Source: Gammaproteobacteria bacterium
GTDB taxonomy: Bacteria; Pseudomonadota; Gammaproteobacteria; Eutrophobiales; Eutrophobiaceae
DNA: 64,000 nt
Direction of reading: 5' to 3'
Assembly (NCBI GenBank): GCA_965243205.1
Contig: CBDEUK010000002.1
Coordinates: 416,001-480,000, forward strand
In this document: one piece after another, positions 1 through 12,305 of the stretch
How the letters are laid out: every line of letters begins with the position of its first letter
Numbering within the stretch: position 1 is the first letter of the stretch
Position numbers and translations under genes: made by a program
Notes under the pieces: model-generated
Told to the model about the DNA's origin: nothing
The model's database searches: none
What the model saw: the letters and a program-made list of their open reading frames with translations, nothing else

Positions 1-895
1 TAGGGTCTGCATTACCAATATCCTCTGATGCCATGCGTACAACCCTTCTAGCAATATATAAAGGATCACAGCCACCATCAATCATTCGTGTAAACCAATA
101 AAGAGAAGCATCAACCGCTGAACCACGAACCGATTTATGTAATGCCGAGATTTGATCGTAAAACGCTTCGCCACCTTTATCGAAACGCCTTAATGAACCG
201 CCTGTTAGGATTTCATTAAGTAGGTCTTCATTAATTACACCGTCTTCAGTTAACTCACTCGCAATCTCTAAAAAATTCAGGGCGCGTCTAGCATCGCCAT
301 CAACTGCTTTTGCTAAAATCTTTTTTGTTTCATCATCAATCTGTAAATTAAATTCAGCTAAACCTTTTTCTTTATCATTAAGAGCACGGTCGATGACTTT
401 GAGAATGTCTTCATCATTAATATTTTTTAAAACATACACTCTGGCACGAGATAATAACGCATTGTTTAATTCAAACGATGGGTTTTCAGTAGTAGCGCCA
501 ATAAATGTAATCGTGCCATTTTCTATATGTGGTAAAAAAGCATCTTGTTGTGATTTATTAAATCGATGTACTTCATCAACAAATAATACAGTATCTTTTT
601 GATAGACTTGTCGATATTGTTTTGCTTGTTCTATTGCTTCACGAATATCTTTAACGCCGCTCAATACGGCTGACAAGGTTATAAATTTTGCATCACATGA
701 ATTGGCAATAATTTTTGCGAGGGTGGTTTTCCCGGTGCCAGGAGGACCCCAGAAGACCATAGAATGTAATCGAGCGTTTGAAATTGCTGAATACAGGGGT
801 TTATCTTTTGAGAGAATATGTTGTTGCCCCACATATTCATCAAGTGTTTGGGGTCTTAACCGATCAGCAAGTGGACGATAATCTTCAGATGACAT
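1..895 (-). CDS. rarA: Replication-associated recombination protein A (AAA+ ATPase), 5' part; runs off the window start
   Basis: Manual translation from ATG 895: [28 protein letters not shown]...[11 protein letters not shown] (Walker A), [14 protein letters not shown]; directly follows lolA as in the conserved ftsK-lolA-rarA order. Confidence 0.95.
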   Translation of the reverse strand, partial: MSSEDYRPLADRLRPQTLDEYVGQQHILSKDKPLYSAISNARLHSMVFWGPPGTGKTTLAKIIANSCDAKFITLSAVLSGVKDIREAIEQAKQYRQVYQKDTVLFVDEVHRFNKSQQDAFLPHIENGTITFIGATTENPSFELNNALLSRARVYVLKNINDEDILKVIDRALNDKEKGLAEFNLQIDDETKKILAKAVDGDARRALNFLEIASELTEDGVINEDLLNEILTGGSLRRFDKGGEAFYDQISALHKSVRGSAVDASLYWFTRMIDGGCDPLYIARRVVRMASEDIGNADP

Positions 896-897
896 GA

Positions 898-1533
898 TTA
901 TTGATTTGGCATTTCACTCACGTCGATAACATCAATATTTTCAGCCGCAGTAAACGTAAATAAAGACTCATCAAGCGCATCATTACGTTTTACATTATCA
1001 AACTGTACATCAGTAATCTGACCTAATTTATCAAATAAAATCATTTGTATTAATTTGTCATCTTTAAAACTAAGCTTAACACTATGAAATTGATTATCTT
1101 CAGAATTAGGAGCAAGTTCTACAACACTAATGCCAATATTATTTGTTTGATTAACGACTTTAAAATATTGATACAACGTATCTTTACCGCTAAGAATTGC
1201 AGCAGGTGTATTATCTAATTCCTCATTAACATCTTTGATTGTGACTTGTTCTAAATCTTCATCATATACCCAAAGTTTTTTACCATTTGATATAAGGCTT
1301 TGTGCATAAGGTTCAACATACTGCCAATGAAACTGGCCTGGATATTTTAAATACAATGAACCTTTAGAGCTTTCTAATACTTCACCACTCGTATCGACTA
1401 AAGATTGTTCAAATGTTCCACTAAATGTTTTAAAACCTTCTAGAAAATCATCAAGTGAATTTTTTTCCTGGGCTGCTTGTGTGTTACTGAATAAAAAAAT
1501 AAAAACAAAGCATAATGTTTTTAAATATTTCAA
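898..1533 (-). CDS. lolA: Outer-membrane lipoprotein carrier protein LolA
   Basis: Signal peptide, [20 protein letters not shown] and TPA motifs; lies between ftsK and rarA. Confidence 0.93.
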   Translation of the reverse strand: MKYLKTLCFVFIFLFSNTQAAQEKNSLDDFLEGFKTFSGTFEQSLVDTSGEVLESSKGSLYLKYPGQFHWQYVEPYAQSLISNGKKLWVYDEDLEQVTIKDVNEELDNTPAAILSGKDTLYQYFKVVNQTNNIGISVVELAPNSEDNQFHSVKLSFKDDKLIQMILFDKLGQITDVQFDNVKRNDALDESLFTFTAAENIDVIDVSEMPNQ

Positions 1534-1596
1534 AATAGTTATCCTTTATCATAAAAATCTAACGATTTAGATTACATTCTCTAAAATAAGTTTTGA

Positions 1597-3918
1597 TTAA
1601 TCGATTGGTGGAGGTGCTGCAGCATAAATTTCACGGGTACCATTCGATTCTAACGGTCCAACTAAACCACTACTTTCCATTTCTTCCACAATACGCGCTG
1701 CTCGGTTATAACCGATTTTCAATCGACGTTGTATATATGAAATAGATGCTTTTCGAGTTTCTGTAACGATTTGTACTGCCTCGTCATAGAGTGGATCAAT
1801 ATCATCACCTCGCGCACTCTCAATACCTGGAATTAATTCAGCTCCACCTTCTTCTGGCCCACGAATGATATCATCATTGTATTCAGGTTCTTCATTGCTG
1901 CTAATATTTTCAACGACTCGATGTACTTCATGGTCATCAACAAATGCACCATGCACCCGTTCAGGAATATTGCTACCTGGTGCAAGGAACAACATATCAC
2001 CGTGGCCTAATAAATTTTCGGCGCCCATTTGGTCAAGGATAGTTCGTGAATCGACTTTGGAAGAAACTTGGAACGCCATACGACAAGGAATGTTGGCCTT
2101 GATCAAGCCTGTAATCACATCAACCGAAGGACGTTGAGTTGCAACGATTAAATGAATACCAGCCGCCCTAGCCTTTTGTGCTAAACGCGCAATCAGTTCT
2201 TCAACTTTTTTACCGACCGTCATCATCATGTCAGCTAATTCATCGATAATAACTACTATCAACGGAATTTCATCTAAGGTTGGTATTTCATCTTCTTCTG
2301 AAACTGGTTGGTAAAAAGGATCAGGAATCGGAATATTCCCGCGAATCGCATCCGCTACTTTTTTGTTATAACCACTAATATTTCTTACACCAAGAGAAGC
2401 CATTAATTTATAACGTCGTTCCATTTCAGCGACACACCATCGCAAAGCATTTGCTGCCTCTTTCATATCTGTTACAACTGGTGCTAATAAATGTGGAATA
2501 CCTTCATAAACGGATAACTCCAGCATTTTTGGATCAATCATAATCATGCGTACATCACGCGCCATCGATTTATACAATAAACTTAAAATCATGGCATTGA
2601 GTGCAACTGATTTACCCGAGCCAGTTGTACCTGCAACTAGTAAGTGCGGCATTTTAGCCAGATCGGTTACTACTGGATTACCGGCAATATCCTTACCTAA
2701 GGCCAGTGGCAATTGTGTTTTAGAGATATCATATTCTCGCGAATTAATAATTTCCCCTAAACTGACTAAATCTCTATTTTCATTAGGGATTTCTAATCCA
2801 ATAACAGATTTCCCAGGGATCACTTCAACCACCCGTACGCTAACGACTGATAACGAACGAGCTAAATCTTTAGATAAATTACTGATTTTACTAACTTTTG
2901 TACCTGGAGCTGGCTCTAATTCGAAACGAGTCACGACTGGTCCTGGGTGAACAGCAACTACTTGAACCTCAATGCCAAAATCATTGAGTTTGATTTCAAC
3001 TTGGCGAGAGATGGCTTCTAAAGCCTCCCTAGAATATTGCCCTTTCGAAGGTGTTGGCTCGTCTAATAGATTAAGAGTGGGTAATTTGCTATCCGCAGGC
3101 AAATCAAACAAGTTTTCTTGGCGTTCGTTTTCAGCACGTAGACTGGTTTCGAAATCTGAGATGATTGGTTCACTAATTTCCACTGGAGAACGATCAATAA
3201 TCTTTTCTTGCTCTTTCTTTATAACTGTTTCACGCTCTTTTCTTGCTTGGCGACCTAAGGTCTCTACTTTTGCGTTATTTCTAACCCCCTTTATATAGTC
3301 CAACAGGCTCAAAGTCATTGCGCCTGTTTTATCCATTAACCAAAACCATGAGAACCCAGTAAAAAGCGTAATGCCAGATAAAATCATCATTAGAAACAAT
3401 AAGGTACTGCCCAAATGACCAGTTTTTTGATAGAAAAAATTACCAATCAAATCACCAAGAACTCCACCAGAACCTCGAACTTCCAATGGCAGACCTGAAC
3501 CCGCGTGAATATGTCCCCATGCGAGACCTACACAACCTAATAGGAATATAACAACGCCAACTGAACGCAGACTAAAATAGAGGCTAGAAAACGTGATTTG
3601 TTGTCTTTTTGCGTCGAAAAGTCGCCAACACCCATAAATTAGCAATACTGGAATTACATATCCCATATAACCCAAGACATACAATAAAATATCAGCCATC
3701 CATGCACCAACAGCTCCAGCACTATTACTCACTTCATTACTTGAAACAGCATGGGACCAGGCAGGATCATTTTGGTTATACGACAACAACGCTATGCATA
3801 AAAAAAGTGCCGACGTAATGAATATAAAAATCATGACTTCTCGGACATTTTGAAATGCCGTAGTTGATGGTTGCAGTGGTTTATCTGCTTTTTTCTTTTT
3901 CCGTTTAGCTTGCGCCAT
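1597..3918 (-). CDS. ftsK: DNA translocase FtsK
   Basis: N-terminal 4TM domain, [15 protein letters not shown] Walker A, IDELADMM Walker B, C-terminal gamma domain ([13 protein letters not shown]). Confidence 0.98.
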   Translation of the reverse strand: MAQAKRKKKKADKPLQPSTTAFQNVREVMIFIFITSALFLCIALLSYNQNDPAWSHAVSSNEVSNSAGAVGAWMADILLYVLGYMGYVIPVLLIYGCWRLFDAKRQQITFSSLYFSLRSVGVVIFLLGCVGLAWGHIHAGSGLPLEVRGSGGVLGDLIGNFFYQKTGHLGSTLLFLMMILSGITLFTGFSWFWLMDKTGAMTLSLLDYIKGVRNNAKVETLGRQARKERETVIKKEQEKIIDRSPVEISEPIISDFETSLRAENERQENLFDLPADSKLPTLNLLDEPTPSKGQYSREALEAISRQVEIKLNDFGIEVQVVAVHPGPVVTRFELEPAPGTKVSKISNLSKDLARSLSVVSVRVVEVIPGKSVIGLEIPNENRDLVSLGEIINSREYDISKTQLPLALGKDIAGNPVVTDLAKMPHLLVAGTTGSGKSVALNAMILSLLYKSMARDVRMIMIDPKMLELSVYEGIPHLLAPVVTDMKEAANALRWCVAEMERRYKLMASLGVRNISGYNKKVADAIRGNIPIPDPFYQPVSEEDEIPTLDEIPLIVVIIDELADMMMTVGKKVEELIARLAQKARAAGIHLIVATQRPSVDVITGLIKANIPCRMAFQVSSKVDSRTILDQMGAENLLGHGDMLFLAPGSNIPERVHGAFVDDHEVHRVVENISSNEEPEYNDDIIRGPEEGGAELIPGIESARGDDIDPLYDEAVQIVTETRKASISYIQRRLKIGYNRAARIVEEMESSGLVGPLESNGTREIYAAAPPPID

Positions 3919-4100
3919 ACTATCTATTATCTACTTTAAATTCTTTATATATATTTATGAAATTATTGAAAAATTTTAACATTAAATAGTGAGAAAATCA
4001 GTATTGGATTATAACTATCTATTTTGCTTGGCCTGATTAATTAACGTACCATAGCCCGCTGAATTTTTCTTCCAACTCGTTCTTTTTTTAGGAGTTATGA

Positions 4101-5057
<957 letters not shown>

Positions 5058-5075
5058 TCTCAAGGAAATTACGAC

Positions 5076-6071
5076 ATGAAAGCGATCATCATGACTGATG
5101 TGGGTGGCCCTGAAGTATTACAACTACAAGAAGTAGATAAACCATCAATACAGAATCCAACAGAGGTGCTCGTCAAACTTAAAGCCGCCTCTATTAATCC
5201 TATTGACATCAAACTACGCAGTGGTGCTTATCCTGTCAATCCAATGCCAACCATATTAGGCTGTGATGGCGCTGGTGTTATTGAAGCAATTGGTACTAAT
5301 GTAAATAACTTATCGGTAGATGATGAAGTGTATTTTTTTCACGGTGGTTTAAGTGGGATTCCAGGTAATTACGCCGAATACATTGTTCTAGACCAACGTT
5401 TCGTTGCTAAAAAACCATCTTCAATCAATTTTCACGAAGCAGCTGCTGCGCCATTAGTTTTATTAACGGCCTGGGAATCGTTGTTTGATCGTACAAATGT
5501 GACGCAAGACTCCACCGTATTAATCCATGCAGGTGCAGGAGGAGTTGGACACGTTGCTATTCAATTAGCCAAATCGGTTGGCGCTAAAGTAGCGACAACC
5601 GTAAGCACACAATCCAAAGCCGATTTTGTATCCAAACTTGGGGCGGATAAAATCATTTTTTATAAAGATGAAAATTTCGTTGAATCTATTTTAGATTGGA
5701 CCAATGGTGAAGGTGTTGATGTGGTTATGGATAATGTCGGTGGTGCTTTAATTGAACAATCCTTTGCCGCGACAAAAGTCTATGGTGATGTTGTCACACT
5801 ACTACTCGCACCTCAAGAAACCGATTGGTCGGTTGCTCGAATACGTAATGTGCGTTTTTCTCAAGAAGTTATGTTAACGCCCCTGCTTCTTGGAATAGAA
5901 CAGCATCAATACCATCAAACAAATATTATCAATAAATGCACAGAATTATTTAATGAGCAAAAATTAAAAGTAGAAATACAAGATGTTTTGCCATTAGAGC
6001 AAGCTGCAGATGCTCATCGTTTAATTGAGCAAGGCTCAACCTCAGGGAAAATTGTTTTATCAATTGATTGA
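5076..6071 (+). CDS. Zinc-independent MDR-family NADPH:quinone oxidoreductase-like protein
   Basis: GGPEVL, INPID, AGAGGVG nucleotide-binding motif and GKIVL C-terminus. Confidence 0.85.
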   Translation: MKAIIMTDVGGPEVLQLQEVDKPSIQNPTEVLVKLKAASINPIDIKLRSGAYPVNPMPTILGCDGAGVIEAIGTNVNNLSVDDEVYFFHGGLSGIPGNYAEYIVLDQRFVAKKPSSINFHEAAAAPLVLLTAWESLFDRTNVTQDSTVLIHAGAGGVGHVAIQLAKSVGAKVATTVSTQSKADFVSKLGADKIIFYKDENFVESILDWTNGEGVDVVMDNVGGALIEQSFAATKVYGDVVTLLLAPQETDWSVARIRNVRFSQEVMLTPLLLGIEQHQYHQTNIINKCTELFNEQKLKVEIQDVLPLEQAADAHRLIEQGSTSGKIVLSID

Positions 6072-6149
6072 TAAAAGATCCATTTAAAATATAACCATTT
6101 TAAAATTCTAACTAATTGAGATTTCTATCTCATTTTGTCAGTATTTTTC

Positions 6150-6177
6150 TAAAGTTTTTCGCAAAAAAAAACGATAT
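6150..6177 (+). promoter_or_regulatory. Possible sigma28 (FliA)-type promoter
   Basis: TAAAGTTT...AACGATAT; TAAA to -10 spacer 16 nt, -10 differs from GCCGATAA at 3 positions. Confidence 0.3.
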
Positions 6178-6237
6178 ATCTATAGTGTCGTCTAACTATT
6201 GATACTCATCATATATCGAGCATTTTTGTGAAAAAAA

Positions 6238-6819
6238 ATGAAATTAATTGACATTATAAAGACCATTCTTGTTATTAAATTAACGGGCTTTTTCATAATG
6301 GGAACAGCCGCAGCTTATATAGCGTACCCATATGTTTACGATGAAATAGAAGACGCTCAGGTATCAGAAATAATCAATCAAATATCATTAATAAAAAAAG
6401 CGGCGATAAAATTTCATGAAGACACTGGATACTATCCAGTAATGCAATCGAATAAAGAAAATCGTTTTTACCATTCCTTTTTATATGCCGATTCTTACAA
6501 TACAAATAATGAAATAATACCAGGATGGAATGGGCCTTATTTGGATCATGAACCTGAACATCCTATTTCAAAAGACTCATTGCAATATTTGCAACATACT
6601 GAACATAAATCATATGTATGTGATATCGATGGCAATGGAATGACGGAAGGTTCCTGGTTGGTTTACCGTCTTGATGATATACCTCCTACAGCCATGAGAA
6701 AGGTAAGTGATGTAATTGATGGTGATGGCATATCTGAAAACTGGGCACGCAAAGGGATGGTTAAACAATACAATGGCAAACACAATTCAATCATGATCGT
6801 ATGTTTATTACGAACTTAA
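6238..6819 (+). CDS. Pseudopilin (GspG-like) domain protein without a canonical prepilin leader
   Basis: Hydrophobic N-terminal helix, then 'IKKAAIKFHEDTGYYP' and 'GWNGPYL', both typical of T2SS GspG-like pilins; no G|FTLxE site. Confidence 0.55.
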   Translation: MKLIDIIKTILVIKLTGFFIMGTAAAYIAYPYVYDEIEDAQVSEIINQISLIKKAAIKFHEDTGYYPVMQSNKENRFYHSFLYADSYNTNNEIIPGWNGPYLDHEPEHPISKDSLQYLQHTEHKSYVCDIDGNGMTEGSWLVYRLDDIPPTAMRKVSDVIDGDGISENWARKGMVKQYNGKHNSIMIVCLLRT

Positions 6820-6909
6820 TCTCTATAAATAAAATCTAATTTTATATTCCTAAACATTGTTTAATTAGAGTTACTGATTTTTTTTCTAAAAATTAGTACA
6901 GTATTAGAC

Positions 6910-8394
6910 ATGCAACTGCTCCAAAAAATAGAATCTATTGGTAATAAGTTACCGCATCCAGCTACGTTATTTTTTTGTGGTTTTATCATTGTCGTTTTAT
7001 GTTCTGAACTCGCAGTGCTATTAGATTGGAAAGTTATTAATCCTATATCAGGTGAAGTCGAAGCAAAGAGCCTGCTTCGTTCTGATGGTATATGGTGGTT
7101 CTTAAGTCATCTTGTACAAAATTTTATACAGTTTCCTCCATTAGGTATTGTCTTAGTCGGAATGTTAGGTATTGGTATGGCTGAACGATCAGGCTTGTTG
7201 CCTGCGTTGTTGAGTTCTTCTATTCAAAAAGTACCTATGACTTTACTAACACCTGCGACTATATTCATTGGTATCATTTCATCTGTAGCATTAGATGCAG
7301 GTTATGTTGTATTACCACCTTTAGTTGCTGCATTGTATTTATCTTTAGGGCGTTCTCCTGTAGCAGGTATAGCCGCCACCTTTGCTGGCGTTTCCGCAGG
7401 CTTTAGTGCAAACCTAATCATCACAGCGCTTGACCCATTGTTAGCGGGATTTACTGAAAGTGCTGCACAAATTATTTCTCCAGAGTATCAAGTTACAGAT
7501 ACGGCGAACCTTTGGTTTATGATCGCTTCAACCATTGTATTAACTGTGACTGGTTGGATCATTAGTGTTTATTGGGTAGAGCCACAAATTGGAACCATGG
7601 GCATGGACAGTTCCGTTAAAACAGAAACTCTAAGTCAAACATCTGAACAACAAAGCAAAGGCTTATATGTCGCAGGGCTTAGCTTTATTATTTGTTTAGC
7701 GATTATCTTGGCGATGATCTTTATAGAAAACGCTCCACTTCATGGCGAAGGTAAAAGATTCGCTCGATGGGTAGAAGCGACCGTACCGATACTATTTATT
7801 TTATTTTTTATTCCTGGTATTTGTTATGGCTTTGCTTCCCAATCAATAAAAAACGATAAAGACATAGCGAATATAATGTCAGATACGATGTCCTTCCTCG
7901 CCTCTTATATTGTGTTGGCTTTTTTTGCGGCACAATTTATTGAATCCTTCAAATATTCAGGCTTAGGTGAAATGTTAGCTATCACTGGCGGCAACGCTTT
8001 AACACAACTCGCCATTCCATCGACTATTTTAATGATATTATTTGTTTTAATGGCTATGTTGGCTAATCTTCTTATGGGTTCAGCCTCAGCTAAGTATGCT
8101 TTTTTAGCGCCTGTATTTGTGCCGATGTTTATGCAAGTCGGTATAAGCCCAGAACTTACCCAAGCGGCTTATAGAATCGGTGATTCAACCACCAATGTCA
8201 TCACACCTCTTAATCCCTATATGATCATCGTATTAGCATTGTTTCAAAAATACGTTAAAGGTTCGGGCTTAGGCACGTTGGTTGCAGTAATGTTGCCGTA
8301 TACTATTGGCTTTGCCATTGTTTGGATAACTTTACTCAGTGTATGGATGTTGTTGGGGTTACCGCTAGGGCCTGGAGGAAATTTATATTTGTAA
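6910..8394 (+). CDS. AbgT-family transporter
   Basis: IESIGNKLPHPATLF start, FAGVSAGFSAN, AYRIGDSTTNVITP and LPLGPG end. Confidence 0.92.
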   Translation: MQLLQKIESIGNKLPHPATLFFCGFIIVVLCSELAVLLDWKVINPISGEVEAKSLLRSDGIWWFLSHLVQNFIQFPPLGIVLVGMLGIGMAERSGLLPALLSSSIQKVPMTLLTPATIFIGIISSVALDAGYVVLPPLVAALYLSLGRSPVAGIAATFAGVSAGFSANLIITALDPLLAGFTESAAQIISPEYQVTDTANLWFMIASTIVLTVTGWIISVYWVEPQIGTMGMDSSVKTETLSQTSEQQSKGLYVAGLSFIICLAIILAMIFIENAPLHGEGKRFARWVEATVPILFILFFIPGICYGFASQSIKNDKDIANIMSDTMSFLASYIVLAFFAAQFIESFKYSGLGEMLAITGGNALTQLAIPSTILMILFVLMAMLANLLMGSASAKYAFLAPVFVPMFMQVGISPELTQAAYRIGDSTTNVITPLNPYMIIVLALFQKYVKGSGLGTLVAVMLPYTIGFAIVWITLLSVWMLLGLPLGPGGNLYL

Positions 8395-8450
8395 TATCTT
8401 TACTGTGTTAAAATCATTAAAAATTCACATTTGTATAAATAATATTATTT

Positions 8451-8792
8451 ATGAGTAACGAAAAACCTATTTATAAAGTCATTTTTCATAACCAAGGACA
8501 AATCTACGAAGTCTATGCAAAATCAGTTAGCCAGGGAAATATGTTTGGCTTTATTGAAATTGAAAAACTTGTGTTTGGTGAAAAGACCACAGTTGTTGTG
8601 GATCCATCTGAAGAAAATTTAAAAAATGAATTCAATAATGTCATAAGAACCTATGTTCCAATGCATTCTATCATTCGTATTGATGAAGTTAGTAAACAAG
8701 GTTCCGCTAAAATACTTGAAACCACTAAATCTGATAACAAAGTAATGCCATTCCCCGTGTATACCCAGGGCTCAGAAAAAACCCCAGAGTAA
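8451..8792 (+). CDS. DUF1820-family protein
   Basis: IYKVIFHNQGQIYEVYA...VVDPSEE.LKNEF...YVPMHSIIRIDEV pattern. Confidence 0.75.
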   Translation: MSNEKPIYKVIFHNQGQIYEVYAKSVSQGNMFGFIEIEKLVFGEKTTVVVDPSEENLKNEFNNVIRTYVPMHSIIRIDEVSKQGSAKILETTKSDNKVMPFPVYTQGSEKTPE

Positions 8793-8804
8793 TCTTTAAC
8801 GCTA

Positions 8805-9824
8805 TTAAACTTCTAACAAAGCTTTGATGTGAGCGACTGTTGCACTAGCATTACCTTGTAAATTGTAACCACCTTCAAGTATTGAAACGACTTTGCCATC
8901 ACAATATTGATCGGCAAGGTTTAAAACTAACCGGGTTAGTTCATAAAACCCTTGGTCTGAAACATCAAAGCACCCTAATCTATCCTCAACTCGACTATCA
9001 AATCCAGCTGAAACTAATATAAGTTCAGGCTTAAATTCATGCACTTTAGGAATCAGTTTGCTCTCAAAAGCATCTAAAATCATCTTATCGGACGTATTGC
9101 ATGGTAAATGAACATTGATATTGTAACCTTTACCATCTCCATCACCCTGTTTTGATGGGTCTCCTGTACCTGGATAGGCATGCCAATCATGCGTAGAAAA
9201 AAACAAAACGGATGGATCTGTATAAAAAGCTGACTCAGTACCATTGCCATGATGATAATCCCAATCAACAATTAAAATTCGTTTTAAATTATGTTTGAGC
9301 TGAGCATAACGAGCCGCGATTGCAATAATATTGTATAAGCAAAACCCTTCTATTTTTCCAGTATTTTCAGCGTGATGTCCAGGTGGTCGAGAAATCGCAA
9401 ATGCGTTATCTAATTCACCGTTTATAACTTTTTCAGTCATATAAATCACGTCAGATACGACTTTAAGCAATACTTCATGCGATAGTGAGTGATTTTTCTT
9501 TAATAATTCAATATGTTGTTCGGTATGAATGTATTTAAGATAAGATTCAATTAATGCTCTATCAACGGCTTCATTATTGCTAACAATGAGTTTATCGAGT
9601 TTTTCCTGCTTTAATTTATTGTTAATAAAAAGCAAGCGTTCTGGTGATTCAGGATGACCTGGTTCATTAAGATGTTTCAAATAGATTTTATCGTAAATGA
9701 TCCCAGTATTTCGTTGCTGACTTATTTCTTCAGCAATCGAAAATGAAGTGGTTAAAAATTGATTACCCAAAAACGACCCTGTTAAATATTTGAGCAGTTG
9801 ACGACGATTGATTACACTAGACAT
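8805..9824 (-). CDS. Zn-dependent histone deacetylase-family amidohydrolase with a Tat-type leader
   Basis: HPESPERL, RPPGHHA, GFC, DWDYHHGNGT, YPGTG, SAGFD and LEGGY motifs; N-terminal NRRQLLK. Confidence 0.9.
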   Translation of the reverse strand: MSSVINRRQLLKYLTGSFLGNQFLTTSFSIAEEISQQRNTGIIYDKIYLKHLNEPGHPESPERLLFINNKLKQEKLDKLIVSNNEAVDRALIESYLKYIHTEQHIELLKKNHSLSHEVLLKVVSDVIYMTEKVINGELDNAFAISRPPGHHAENTGKIEGFCLYNIIAIAARYAQLKHNLKRILIVDWDYHHGNGTESAFYTDPSVLFFSTHDWHAYPGTGDPSKQGDGDGKGYNINVHLPCNTSDKMILDAFESKLIPKVHEFKPELILVSAGFDSRVEDRLGCFDVSDQGFYELTRLVLNLADQYCDGKVVSILEGGYNLQGNASATVAHIKALLEV

Positions 9825-9885
9825 AGCATTATTTTAACGCAGATTATACAATTTACTAAATTTCAAACTATTTTCTCGTATCATT

Positions 9886-10398
9886 ATGAAAACGGCTTTT
9901 CAAATACTTATATTATTTTTTTTGCCTCTAACGATTCATGCCGCCTTTTGGCAAGTAGTTGAGTCGAATGATGAAAATAATACAATCGCAAAAGATCTTG
10001 CACAAATTCAAAATAATGATGGTTTTAAAATTCAAATATTCTTGGATGAATATTCAGAAGTTAAATTACGATTTACTAGCAGTTCAAAAGTCGGTGCTTT
10101 GTCGGATAAAATTTGTCCCTCTTTCCAAGTCGATAACTATACAACTTTCAATCGTTCATTTAATGGTGATGAATGCATTGTAAATGGAAATACATATGAA
10201 TATGGCTTAGGTAGTATAGAACTTGAGCATATTGATTCTACAGCCCTATATCGAATTCAAAATGGTAATCAATTATTTTTCAGGTATATGTTTGAAAATG
10301 AAGGTTATGGAGAAACATCATTTACCTTAGCTGGTTCAAGTCGAATCATATTAAGTGTTTTGGGTTCGGAAATTGTCATTCGAAAAACTCGTCCTTAG
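9886..10398 (+). CDS. Hypothetical exported protein
   Basis: Sec-type signal peptide (…LTIHA); C-terminal 'TSFTLAGS' resembles IalB-like beta proteins; family not recognised. Confidence 0.6.
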   Translation: MKTAFQILILFFLPLTIHAAFWQVVESNDENNTIAKDLAQIQNNDGFKIQIFLDEYSEVKLRFTSSSKVGALSDKICPSFQVDNYTTFNRSFNGDECIVNGNTYEYGLGSIELEHIDSTALYRIQNGNQLFFRYMFENEGYGETSFTLAGSSRIILSVLGSEIVIRKTRP

Positions 10399-10413
10399 TG
10401 TTTCAATATTTGT

Positions 10414-11571
10414 GTGAGCTTTAACCAAACTAGCTATCAATTTAAAGTACTCGATTCTTTATCAAGCATTAGCTCCAATGACTGGAATGCTTTAAATGAA
10501 AAGCAAAATCCTTTTCTTAGCTACGATTTTTTATATTCCTTAGAAAAATTTGACTGTCTAAAAAATCAACACTGGCAATCCAATCATTTCGTTTTATATG
10601 ATAACGATACACTTATTGCAGCAGTCCCAGGATATTATAAAACCGATTCCTATGGTGAATTTGTTTTTGATTGGGCTTGGGCAGATGCTTACCAGCGAGC
10701 TGGCAAATCGTATTATCCCAAATTTGTTTCGGCAATTCCTTTTACCCCAGTTCTTGGCAATAGATTATTAGTAAAAGAAAAAGCTGCAAATAAAGACTCG
10801 ATTTGCAATACCTTTATTAAAAATATTATCCATGAAATAAATCAGAATGATTTATCGTCAGCACATTTTTTATTCAGTCAACAAGCTTTAAACAATTTTG
10901 CAGATGATGAGCAACTGTTAACTCGTTTAACTTGGCAATATCATTGGAAAAATCGTGGCTATGAATCATTTAATGATTTTTTAAATTCACTCAATTCAAA
11001 ACGCCGCAAACAAATTCGTAAAGAACGTCGTGCCATTGATAATTTCGGTCTCGAGTTTGAGGTGCTAGAAGGTAATGCTATTAGGGAACATCATTGGAAT
11101 ATCTTTTATGATTTTTATTGTTCAACATTCGAAAGGAAATGGGGTGAGCCAAGATTCACTTTGCCATTTTTTCAAAACCTTTCTGAAACCATGCCTGAAA
11201 ATATTATCTTGATACTCGCAAAAGATCAGTCGGGTTATATAGCGGGGGCATTTGCCATGCGTTCTAAAGATACTTTATATGGCAGGCATTGGGGGTGTAA
11301 TAAGTTCGTACAAAATTTACATTTCGAATGTTGTTATTACCAAACCATTGATTACTGTATACGCAATCAATTATCAAAACTTGATGCCGGTATCCAAGGT
11401 GAACATAAAATCTTTCGTGGTTTTGAGCCTGTTGTTTGCAAGTCGTATCATTACATCACTGAACCCACGTTTAGAAACGGAATAGCTGACTTTTTAGTTC
11501 ATGAAACAAAGCACATAAATGAGCAAATTGACCTTTTAAATCAGCATTTACCATATACACTTAAAGTATGA
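10414..11571 (+). CDS. FemAB-like double-GNAT protein (peptidoglycan biosynthesis/recognition family)
   Basis: SYGEFVFDWAWADAY, YYPK...PFTPV, LYGRHWG, LHFECCYYQ and GEHK..RGF motifs. Confidence 0.88.
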   Translation: MSFNQTSYQFKVLDSLSSISSNDWNALNEKQNPFLSYDFLYSLEKFDCLKNQHWQSNHFVLYDNDTLIAAVPGYYKTDSYGEFVFDWAWADAYQRAGKSYYPKFVSAIPFTPVLGNRLLVKEKAANKDSICNTFIKNIIHEINQNDLSSAHFLFSQQALNNFADDEQLLTRLTWQYHWKNRGYESFNDFLNSLNSKRRKQIRKERRAIDNFGLEFEVLEGNAIREHHWNIFYDFYCSTFERKWGEPRFTLPFFQNLSETMPENIILILAKDQSGYIAGAFAMRSKDTLYGRHWGCNKFVQNLHFECCYYQTIDYCIRNQLSKLDAGIQGEHKIFRGFEPVVCKSYHYITEPTFRNGIADFLVHETKHINEQIDLLNQHLPYTLKV

Positions 11572-12305
11572 CTCAAAATTATGATGATGCCAGCAAATCA
11601 CAATTATATTGGGTAGCCGAAAATGTTATTTCGACAAAGTTTCCCGATGTAAAATCAGCTTTGCGCTCCCCGGATGGCTTACTTGCGATTGGTGGGGATT
11701 TAACGGAACAGCGATTACTGTCAGCTTATCAAAAAGGTATTTTTCCCTGGTATAACCAAGGACAACCTATTATGTGGTGGTCTCCAGATCCTCGTTGTAT
11801 TTTTGATATTAATGAAATTAAAATCAGTCGTAGCTTAAGAAAAATTCTAAAATCTCAAAAGTTCACCGTTAGCATGAATAGCGATTTTGAACGTGTGATA
11901 GGTGGTTGTGCAGCTCCAAGGGTTGATCATGATGAAACCTGGATTAGTCAAGATGTACATCAAGCCTATCTAGATTTACACCATTCTGGATATGCTCATT
12001 CCATAGAATGTTGGATTAGTAATCAGCTCGTAGGAGGTCTTTATGGTATTGCTATTGGAAAAGTTTTTTTTGGTGAGTCGATGTTTTCTAGAGCATCAAA
12101 TGCCTCTAAAGTTGCATTAGTCTATCTTGCAAATTTTTTGAAACAACATTCGTTTTTAATGATTGATTGTCAAATTTATTCGGAACATTTGGCCAGCCTT
12201 GGGGCCAAAACAATCGCACGTGATGAATTTACCCAAGCATTATCTAAACATTGTAACCTTATCGAACCACATAAATGGCCCGCACAAATATTAGAATATG
12301 AGTGA
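11568..12305 (+). CDS. aat: Leucyl/phenylalanyl-tRNA--protein transferase
   Basis: GLLAIGGDL, AYQKGIFPW, WWSPDPR, GESMFS and SKVAL motifs. Confidence 0.96.
   Translation: MTQNYDDASKSQLYWVAENVISTKFPDVKSALRSPDGLLAIGGDLTEQRLLSAYQKGIFPWYNQGQPIMWWSPDPRCIFDINEIKISRSLRKILKSQKFTVSMNSDFERVIGGCAAPRVDHDETWISQDVHQAYLDLHHSGYAHSIECWISNQLVGGLYGIAIGKVFFGESMFSRASNASKVALVYLANFLKQHSFLMIDCQIYSEHLASLGAKTIARDEFTQALSKHCNLIEPHKWPAQILEYE

Noticed and set aside
393-3818. Short plus-strand ORFs opposite rarA and ftsK, and similar ones opposite parC, parE, lolC and comEC
   Set aside because: Antisense shadows of conserved genes, with no coding evidence of their own.
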